A DNA stretch of 64,000 nt from Myxococcales bacterium SG8_38. GTDB lineage: Bacteria; Myxococcota_A; Polyangia; Polyangiales; Houyiibacteriaceae. The stretch's first letter is position 1; every line of letters begins with the position of its first letter. Where the stretch lies: assembly GCA_001303415.1 (NCBI GenBank), contig LJTN01000004.1:6067-70066 (forward strand), in the 5' to 3' direction. Under the pieces are notes generated by a model. That model saw nothing but the letters and a program-made list of their open reading frames with translations, searched no databases and was not told where the DNA came from. Below, one piece after another: positions 28,043 through 34,800 of the stretch. Position numbers and translations under genes: made by a program.

Positions 28043-28682
28043 CGCGGGCGGCACCGTGATTCATCCATCCACAGAAGTGCGATACATCGATGAGGTCGTC
28101 GGTTTGGGAGTCTTCGCTACCGGCAGACTGGCCAAGGGAACCATCACCTACGTCTGGGATCCGCTCGAGATCGAGATCGCTCCCGAGGATCCGAGGCTCC
28201 AAGACCCCACTTTTGCGCCCATAATCGAGCGCTATTCCTACATCGACCCGAACGGCGTCCGCATCGTGAGCTGGGACCATGCCAAGTTCGTCAATCATTG
28301 CTGCCAAGCCAACACCATGAGCACCGGGTACGGCTTCGAGATCGCGATACGGGACATCGAAGCCGGAGAACAGATCACCGACGAGTACGGAATGTTCAAC
28401 CTCCCCGACGCCATGGAGCTTTGCTGCTCGAAAGGGCCCTGTCGCAAGAAGGTCGAGGCCGGTGACCTCGATCGCTACTACGCGCGATGGGACGCGCAGA
28501 TCAAGTCCGCGTTGAAGCTGGTTGAGCAGGTGGAGCAGCCCCTGTGGCCGCTGGTCGACGTGGGGACCGCGACGGCCGTCGAGCAGTTCGTGCGGTGGGG
28601 CAAAGGCTATCGCTCGGTCCGGGACCTGGAAGCGTTCAGCGGCGCTTGCGCCCAGGGGAACGGCGCCGCCTTATCGCAATGA
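28038..28682 (+). CDS. SET-domain protein (putative protein-lysine methyltransferase)
   Basis: GLGVFATGRLAKGTI, FVNHCCQANT and GEQITDEYG are SET signatures. The start is uncertain: both promoter readings predict a TSS downstream of ATG 28038, so GTG 28056 or GTG 28077 are alternatives. Confidence 0.75.
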   Translation: MHAGGTVIHPSTEVRYIDEVVGLGVFATGRLAKGTITYVWDPLEIEIAPEDPRLQDPTFAPIIERYSYIDPNGVRIVSWDHAKFVNHCCQANTMSTGYGFEIAIRDIEAGEQITDEYGMFNLPDAMELCCSKGPCRKKVEAGDLDRYYARWDAQIKSALKLVEQVEQPLWPLVDVGTATAVEQFVRWGKGYRSVRDLEAFSGACAQGNGAALSQ

Positions 28683-29463
28683 ACGTGAGGTCGTCGGGCT
28701 TGGAGGGCTCGCCGTCGGACGAGGCGGCCATTCGCTGCCGGCCCAAGGCAGCCAGCTCGGCGACGGCTCGGGGAAGCGGACCCTTCCGGACACGCTCGAC
28801 GATCTCGTCCAGGTGGAGATTGTCGCTCAGCCCATCGCTCGCCAGAACGACCGTGTCGCGAGGCGACAGCTCGAGAGCTGCACCAAGCTCGATACGCATT
28901 CCATGACCCCCGAGCAGATTGGATACGATGTGCAGGTCCTCGTGGTGCAATGCATCGCCCCGATCCAGTAGGCCGGCCTCGACCGCATACCCCACGGGCG
29001 AGTGTGGAATGGTGAGCCACTTGATCCGTCCGCGCTGACCCGTGACGAGCACCATGGAGTCCCCCGCGTGGTAGGCCCGCATGTGACTGCCCTGGATTTC
29101 GACCACCGCAAGCGTGGCGGCAGCGCCGGTGCCGAGCGCCGAGATGGCTCGATCGGCGGATTCGAAGCCGTTGATGATCGCCTCCCGAAGGTTTCCGAGA
29201 TCGCCTCCAAGCTTCGCCACCGAGTCGCAGACGGCCCGAACGGCGAGCGCTGCAGCCTCTGCGCCTCCCGGATGACCGCCGGCACCGTCGGAGACCACGG
29301 CGACAGCCGCCTCGTCGGCCAGCGATATCAGCGCTGCCGCATCCTCGTTTGGACCCTCGCGCCCCGGCTTGGGAATGCTGAGCACGACGGCTTCTCCAGC
29401 CCCGAGCTCGAACCGCTCGCCTTGGGTCATGTCCACATCCGTAAAGATGTGGGTCTCGCTCAC
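28636..29463 (-). CDS. PP2C-family Ser/Thr protein phosphatase
   Basis: NEDAA, VSDGAGGH and LASDGLSDN motifs. The GTG at 29463 sits behind GGGAGG and overlaps the kinase stop (GTGA). Confidence 0.8.
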   Translation of the reverse strand: MSETHIFTDVDMTQGERFELGAGEAVVLSIPKPGREGPNEDAAALISLADEAAVAVVSDGAGGHPGGAEAAALAVRAVCDSVAKLGGDLGNLREAIINGFESADRAISALGTGAAATLAVVEIQGSHMRAYHAGDSMVLVTGQRGRIKWLTIPHSPVGYAVEAGLLDRGDALHHEDLHIVSNLLGGHGMRIELGAALELSPRDTVVLASDGLSDNLHLDEIVERVRKGPLPRAVAELAALGRQRMAASSDGEPSKPDDLTFIAIRRRRSPGRKRR

Positions 29464-30320
29464 GGCGCCGACCTCCCGCCACGCGTCGAGCCCCGAAGGG
29501 CTCGCGGTTTGACGGCTTGGAAGGCCCGCTCCATCTGCACGCCGTCGCGATACCGCTTGCGCTCGCGTATCTCGATCGCCCGGCGGATGAAGCTGATGAA
29601 GTCCCGGCTGACCGTGCGGCGAAGGCGCTCCGCGCCCGGTAGCGGCCAGTCGAACGGCCACTCCGGAAGCTCCCCCGCGAACATGCGGTAAATCAACAAC
29701 CCCATCGAGAAGACGTCGGACCGAAAGGAGGGCTTCCCCATCGCCTGCTCAGGGGCCATGTAACCGACGGTTCCCTGTCCGGAGCCCATGATGGTTCGCG
29801 TTCGCAGCGCGACCTTCGCGATGCCGAAGTCGGCGAGCCGCACTACCCCGCCTGGAAACAAGATCACGTTGTCCGGCTTGATGTCACAGTGAATGATCCG
29901 CTCTTCGTGGGCGTACGCCAGTGCGGATAGCAACTGCTCCGTGTACGATAGCGCCGTTTTGGGCCCGAGCCGCCGGTGCAACCGGTCTGCGAGGGTTTGC
30001 CGTCCGAGCGGGGTCGCAATGACGAAGTATCCATCGATCATCATCGCGTTGCGTAGCGGCAGAATGTTTTCGTGCTCGAGGCGCGCGGTCAGACGAACCT
30101 CGCGCCGAATGAGGTTCAGCGACTCTTGGTCGAGCTGATCGAGGTCAGGAATCTTGAGTGCGACCGGCACGCCCTCGATCGTGTCGTAAGCCTCGTAGAC
30201 GGTGGCGAATGCCCCGACGCCGATTCGGCGGCGGACACGGTACTTGCCCAGCATCTGCCGCGCCTTGAGGGGCGGAGAGGCGGGTTTGCTTCCGGTCTTT
30301 CGAAGCCCGTCCCAGCGCAT
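29460..30320 (-). CDS. Hanks-type Ser/Thr protein kinase, catalytic domain only
   Basis: GVGAFATV, VALK, HCDIKPDN, DFG and APE motifs. ATG 30320 chosen (the ORF is open to 30512). No TM or sensor domain. Confidence 0.85.
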   Translation of the reverse strand: MRWDGLRKTGSKPASPPLKARQMLGKYRVRRRIGVGAFATVYEAYDTIEGVPVALKIPDLDQLDQESLNLIRREVRLTARLEHENILPLRNAMMIDGYFVIATPLGRQTLADRLHRRLGPKTALSYTEQLLSALAYAHEERIIHCDIKPDNVILFPGGVVRLADFGIAKVALRTRTIMGSGQGTVGYMAPEQAMGKPSFRSDVFSMGLLIYRMFAGELPEWPFDWPLPGAERLRRTVSRDFISFIRRAIEIRERKRYRDGVQMERAFQAVKPRALRGSTRGGRSAP

Positions 30321-30419
30321 GATGACCGGGCGCAAATCTGACACCTGCTCGGATTCTGCGCACGACCTTTGTGGCCGGCCGCCATGGACGGCCCCGAGAA
30401 CGCGAGCCATCCTTGCGCC

Positions 30420-31814
30420 ATGATGGCGCAGCAGACCGGCCGGGTCCTGGTCGTCGAAGGCGATGCGGAGGTTCAGTCCGAGCTCGAGGCTCAACTCACG
30501 GCGATCGGGCATATGGTGGACACGGCGCCCGACGGGGCCGAGGCGCTGGAGCTCGTGGAACGGTCGATGCCCGATGTGATCCTCGTGGAGCTCGAGCTCG
30601 AGGGCATGGATGGGTTCGAGTTCTTGCGGCAGGCCAGAGCCCTACTCCCTTCGGCTTCCTTCATCGCAATCGCAAGCTCCGGCTCGACCGACACGGCGGT
30701 CAAGGCGCTGGCCTCTGGGGCCGACCGGTGCCTGACCAGGCCGATTCGACCAGATGCGCTGGCCCTCGTCGTCGAGCGGTCGCTCGACAAGCCCATCCAC
30801 GCGAGGGATGCGATCAACGCCCGGGCGGAGGCTGCGGCGTCGTTTCCGACCACGCGACTCGATCACATCGTCGGGGCGCATCCCTCGATGCAGCGGCTAT
30901 TCAAACGAATGCTTCAGGCCGCCAAGAGCAGGTCGACGGTCCTGATCCAGGGAGAAACCGGGACAGGCAAAGAGCTGATTGCCAAGGCCGTGCACGAGCA
31001 CTCACTGCGCAGCGAGGGACCCCTGATCCGGCTGAACTGCGCAGCGCTCTCCGAAAGTGTCCTCGAATCCGAGCTCTTCGGGCACGAGAAGGGGGCGTTC
31101 ACGGGAGCCGTGACCCGGCGCAGCGGCCGATTCGAGCAGGCCGACGGTGGCACGCTGTTCCTCGACGAGCTGAGCGAAATGCCGCTTTCGGTGCAGGTCA
31201 AGCTGCTCCGCTTCCTTCAGGAGCGGGAGTTCGAGCGGGTTGGCGGCAACGAGACAGTCAAGGTCAACGTGCGGGTCGTCGCAGCGACGAACCGAGACTT
31301 GAGGACGCTGGTAGACGACGGGAGGTTCCGCGAAGATTTGTATTTCCGTCTGAAGGTCGTCGTCCTGGACGTGCCACCGCTTCGCGCGCGGCCGAGCGAC
31401 ATCCCCCTTCTGGCAGACTATTTCCTTCGCTTCTATTCGGAGGAGAACGGCAAGCATGTACGTGGCTTCACGGCGCGCGCTCGCGAGGCGCTGCTCGGCT
31501 ACCCGTGGCCCGGAAACGTCCGCGAGCTCCAACACGCCATCGAGCAGGCGGTGGTCCTCTGTGAAAAGGAGCTGATCGGTTCCGAAGACCTACCCATCCA
31601 GGCGCCTGATCCGGAGGTCGAGCCATTGAGCTTGCTCGTCCCGGGCGTGACCTTGGCCGAGGTAGAGCGGTATACGATCCTCAGAACCCTGGAGGCGGTG
31701 GGAGGGTCGCCAACGAAGGCGGCCGCGATTCTGGGAATCAGCAAGCGAACCATCCAATACCGGCTTCAGGAGTGGGGGGTGACCAAGCGAAACGCATGGC
31801 CCAACGAAAAGTGA
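30420..31814 (+). CDS. sigma-54-dependent transcriptional activator (NtrC family) with degenerate receiver domain
   Basis: REC-like N-terminus, then an AAA+ core with [14 protein letters not shown] and DGGTLFLDE, then a Fis-type [23 protein letters not shown]. The phospho-acceptor position is Glu57 (codon 30588-30590). Confidence 0.9.
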   Translation: MMAQQTGRVLVVEGDAEVQSELEAQLTAIGHMVDTAPDGAEALELVERSMPDVILVELELEGMDGFEFLRQARALLPSASFIAIASSGSTDTAVKALASGADRCLTRPIRPDALALVVERSLDKPIHARDAINARAEAAASFPTTRLDHIVGAHPSMQRLFKRMLQAAKSRSTVLIQGETGTGKELIAKAVHEHSLRSEGPLIRLNCAALSESVLESELFGHEKGAFTGAVTRRSGRFEQADGGTLFLDELSEMPLSVQVKLLRFLQEREFERVGGNETVKVNVRVVAATNRDLRTLVDDGRFREDLYFRLKVVVLDVPPLRARPSDIPLLADYFLRFYSEENGKHVRGFTARAREALLGYPWPGNVRELQHAIEQAVVLCEKELIGSEDLPIQAPDPEVEPLSLLVPGVTLAEVERYTILRTLEAVGGSPTKAAAILGISKRTIQYRLQEWGVTKRNAWPNEK

Positions 31815-31826
31815 ATCGGGTGTGCG

Positions 31827-32069
31827 CTAGCGGCGGCGGCGCGTTGGCAAGACGTCATCGGGGCTCAATACGTCGAGAACTCCGTCGACGAGCAGAACGT
31901 GCTCTCGAAGGGCCCGACCGAGCTCGGCCGCGATAGGCGCAGCCTCGTCGAAACGCCCGGTCTCGATGCTTGCCTGCATGCTCTCAGTTCTCTCCAGCAG
32001 AAGGCGATTCTCGGTACGGATCTTCTGCACGACCTCAGGGGTGACCAAATCGAGCTGGGGACGCGTCAT
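31827..32069 (-). CDS. small helical hypothetical protein (80 aa)
   Basis: ATG 32069 lies 4 nt after GGAGAA (forward ttctcc, 32074-32079) and about 22 nt downstream of the predicted sigma-54 TSS. No family recognised. The longer 250-aa ORF version is rejected. Confidence 0.5.
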   Translation of the reverse strand: MTRPQLDLVTPEVVQKIRTENRLLLERTESMQASIETGRFDEAAPIAAELGRALREHVLLVDGVLDVLSPDDVLPTRRRR

Positions 32070-32100
32070 GGGGTTCTCCGCTTTGTCGAGCCCTAATGAG

Positions 32101-32116
32101 AGCAAGCGCCGTGCCG
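32101..32116 (-). promoter_or_regulatory. sigma-54 -24/-12 promoter CGGCACGgcgcTTGCT (minus strand)
   Basis: The reverse complement of 32101-32116 matches TGGCACG-N4-TTGCW except at the first base, with GG-N10-GC spacing. The SD and ATG of the 80-aa ORF follow. Confidence 0.6.
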
Positions 32117-32175
32117 TGCCAACTGAGCAATAACCGCCTGGAAAAGCTACCGAGAAAACTCGCCCGCGAGGGCTC

Positions 32176-32228
32176 GGTGCAAGTCCTGCATCCATCCCGC
32201 GGTACCCCGGTGCAGGTTCTGCACCGGG
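32176..32228. promoter_or_regulatory. two tandem GTGCA-N5-TGCA sites, candidate enhancer for the flanking divergent sigma-54 promoters
   Basis: Site 1 is GGTGCAAGTCCTGCATC (32176-32192). Site 2 is a perfect palindrome with 10-bp arms, CCCGGTGCAG-gtt-CTGCACCGGG (32206-32228). The centres are about 33 bp apart. Confidence 0.55.
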
Positions 32229-32298
32229 ACGCGGCTGGCATCCCGCCCGATCGCGAAATCGTCGTTGGCGGCGTGCCTTCAATCCGGCAGCCGACAGA

Positions 32299-32314
32299 TG
32301 GCACAGAACGTGCT
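32299..32314 (+). promoter_or_regulatory. sigma-54 -24/-12 promoter TGGCACagaacgTGCT
   Basis: GG-N10-GC spacing is exact. It lies 47 nt upstream of ATG 32361, and GAGGAA is at 32351-32356. Confidence 0.6.
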
Positions 32315-32360
32315 CAGACCTCTCGGTAGGGACTTTCCCAACAACAAAGCGAGGAACGTC

Positions 32361-32630
32361 ATGCCAATACGAGGTGACAGAACGAAGCGAGACCGTGATC
32401 GCCGCCACAGCGAGCTGGACTGGTTCGCGGAAGACCCGTGGTCCGACCCGGATCTCGCCTCGTTGGAGGACAGTCAAGACGACTGGGATCCCGAGTTGTG
32501 GGGAACGAGCGACGAGGCTTTGGACGACTGGGACGAAAGCGAAGAGGACGAAGAGTCGGACGAGGACGAGGACGAGCACGACGGATGGGGACCGGTTCGC
32601 CGACGCGGCAAACGAAAAAGCGACGATTGA
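32361..32630 (+). CDS. small hyper-acidic Trp-rich protein (89 aa), no family recognised
   Basis: ATG lies 4 nt after GAGGAA. The N-terminus is basic (RGDRTKRDRDRRH), the core is acidic with 6 Trp each flanked by D/E, and the C-terminus is basic (RRRGKRK). Confidence 0.6.
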   Translation: MPIRGDRTKRDRDRRHSELDWFAEDPWSDPDLASLEDSQDDWDPELWGTSDEALDDWDESEEDEESDEDEDEHDGWGPVRRRGKRKSDD

Positions 32631-32651
32631 TGGCCCTCCGAGCAGCCAACG

Positions 32652-33305
32652 CTAGCCCTGACCGACCAATCCCTGCACCTGTTTGAGCGCCTGCTCGTTC
32701 TCGACGAGCAGCAACAACAAATCTCCTTGCTGGACCCGAGTGTTGCCGCGCGCGAGCAGCACTTCCTCGCCCCGCACCACCGTGAGAATCAACGCCCCGT
32801 CCGGAAGGTTCAGCTCGCGTATCGAAACTGGATCGATTCCTTGCACTTCGAGCTCTTCGAAGCGCAAGCCTCCGCGAGTCACGAGGGAGAGATCGGGACG
32901 ACCGAATCCGTGCAACGCCGCTAGCATCTCGGCTGCAGCGGAGATGCTGGGTGTCACGATCCGCGCCACCCCGATCTCTTTGCAGGCAGCCCGCAAACCG
33001 AGATCCTTCAGCTTGACCATGACCGTGGGCACGTCGAAGCGTTTCGCGAGCATGGCGACGACCGTGTTGATTGCATCGGAGCTCGTGCTGGCGATCAGGG
33101 CATCTGCCTCTTCGATGAGCGCTTTTTGCAGGAGCTCTGGATTCGTCCCGTCGCCCTCCAAGACGAACGCGTCGAATTGCTCACTCAGATCCTCGCAACG
33201 CTCCGGATCACTATCGATCAGCACGATTTGATGTGCGCCACCCCGCGTCAGGTCTCTCGCAAGCTCGTAACCGATACTGCCGATGCCCACGATGATCACC
33301 CTCAT
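32652..33305 (-). CDS. trkA: Trk/Ktr potassium uptake system NAD-binding subunit
   Basis: MRVIIVGIGSIGYELA Rossmann motif plus a TrkA-C domain. The ATG overlaps the trkH stop (ATGA). Confidence 0.8.
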   Translation of the reverse strand: MRVIIVGIGSIGYELARDLTRGGAHQIVLIDSDPERCEDLSEQFDAFVLEGDGTNPELLQKALIEEADALIASTSSDAINTVVAMLAKRFDVPTVMVKLKDLGLRAACKEIGVARIVTPSISAAAEMLAALHGFGRPDLSLVTRGGLRFEELEVQGIDPVSIRELNLPDGALILTVVRGEEVLLARGNTRVQQGDLLLLLVENEQALKQVQGLVGQG

Positions 33306-34741
33306 CGCGACCTCCTGCGTAGCTTCCAGGTTGCTGGATAGAACACCACTAGCACGGGGATGACCTCGAGTCGCCCGGCCCACATCTGGAAGCTCAACAC
33401 GAGCTTGAGCCAAGCGGGCAGCGTGGCGTCCGTGATGCCACAGGAAAGTCCCACCGTTCCGACGGCCGAAGCGCTCTCGAACAACGCATCGCCCGGATTG
33501 AACCCAGCGAAGACGAGCGCAGCGCTGCCTGCGAGAAGCAGCGCGAGATAGGCCACGATGAAGCCGAGCAAGTGGCGCAGGGGCTCGGCCTCGATGGGCG
33601 TACCTGCGTACTTGAGCGCGATCCTGGCTTCTGCCGGCAACATCAGTCTGTGGATGGTCCATCTCATCAGGGTGAGCAGCACGAGAAATCGCATGATCTT
33701 CAGGCCGCCCGCGGTCGAGCCGGTCGAGCCGCCGATGATCATCCAGAGCGTCGTGAAGAATTTCCTCGTGGGCGACCATCCGGCTGGATCATCGAGCGAG
33801 AACCCAGTCGTGGTGATGGCACTCACGGTGTCGAAGGCCGCATGCCAACCCCTTCCCTCCAGAACAAAGAGCAGCGGCGCACCGGCCAGCACGACGATCG
33901 CGAGGGCCAAGATTTGGGGATCGCGCTCGGTCTCTTGATTCTGGCTCTTCCTGCGGCGCGCGATGCGCTGGTAGTTGGAGAAGCTCGTCGCGCCGAGAAG
34001 CATGCCCGCCATGGTGACGATGAGCACCAGTGGCTCGTTCACATAGAGACCGATGCTGGCTGCGTGAGGCGAGAACCCGCCGGTGGAGACCGTGGCCAGC
34101 CCGTGCAGCACGGCATCCTCTATCGGCACCCCCACCACGACGAGCGCCGAGCACACGGCGCCGGTCAGTAGTGCGTAGATCTTGAGGAGATCGCGAGCCG
34201 TCGAGCGCACGCTGCCCGCAATTCGCTCGTCTTCCGAGCCGGAGCCGTAGAGGCGAAAGCGAAAACCAGCGGGCCGAGTGGCGCTGAGCAGCGCCACCGT
34301 CAAGATGACGATGCCTGCGCCCCCGATCCACTGCATGTACGACCTAAGAAAGCGCAGCGTTCGCGGCATGTCTTCGATGGGCACCACGCTGAGCCCCGTG
34401 GTGGTGAAGCCAGACATGCTCTCGAAGAATCCGTCGATGAAAGGGGCGACGGGAAGGAAGGCAACTCCGCCGGCAATCGAGAAGATGGGATAGGCAAGCG
34501 CGGTCACCAAGAAGGCTTCGCGCGCGGCCAACTCCCTCGCGAGCAATGCGCGCCCCCAATGGCCGAGACCCAATGCGAGCACGCTCAGACCAGAAAGCAG
34601 TCCCGCGACCACGAACTCGCCGCTCACCCAACCGACAGCCGCGGGCGCCAACAACAGGCCCCCCATCATCCGGATCAAACCGGCGAGCTGCCCCAAGATG
34701 GCGGCGAGATCGAGGGGTGTGAGATAGTCTCGCAGCGACAT
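33302..34741 (-). CDS. trkH: TrkH/KtrB-family potassium transporter
   Basis: 479-aa polytopic protein with repeated pore-loop motifs (SGFTTTGLS, VSTGGFS, ITTTGFS, VGTVGLS). Confidence 0.85.
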   Translation of the reverse strand: MSLRDYLTPLDLAAILGQLAGLIRMMGGLLLAPAAVGWVSGEFVVAGLLSGLSVLALGLGHWGRALLARELAAREAFLVTALAYPIFSIAGGVAFLPVAPFIDGFFESMSGFTTTGLSVVPIEDMPRTLRFLRSYMQWIGGAGIVILTVALLSATRPAGFRFRLYGSGSEDERIAGSVRSTARDLLKIYALLTGAVCSALVVVGVPIEDAVLHGLATVSTGGFSPHAASIGLYVNEPLVLIVTMAGMLLGATSFSNYQRIARRRKSQNQETERDPQILALAIVVLAGAPLLFVLEGRGWHAAFDTVSAITTTGFSLDDPAGWSPTRKFFTTLWMIIGGSTGSTAGGLKIMRFLVLLTLMRWTIHRLMLPAEARIALKYAGTPIEAEPLRHLLGFIVAYLALLLAGSAALVFAGFNPGDALFESASAVGTVGLSCGITDATLPAWLKLVLSFQMWAGRLEVIPVLVVFYPATWKLRRRSR

Positions 34742-34800
34742 GGCCCGAGAGGGTACACTGAAGAAGCACTTTGACTTTCGCAATTTCGAAGACAACGCTC

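Noticed and set aside
32070-32579. Long (250-aa) version of ORF 31827-32579
   Set aside because: The upstream 170 codons run antisense through the acidic-protein gene and across the enhancer and promoter region. The SD and the sigma-54 promoter support the ATG at 32069 instead.
32500-32600. GAC/GAG/GAA-rich periodic stretch as a possible tandem repeat or CRISPR-like array
   Set aside because: It is the coding sequence of the poly-acidic core of the 89-aa protein. There are no regularly spaced identical repeats with unique spacers.
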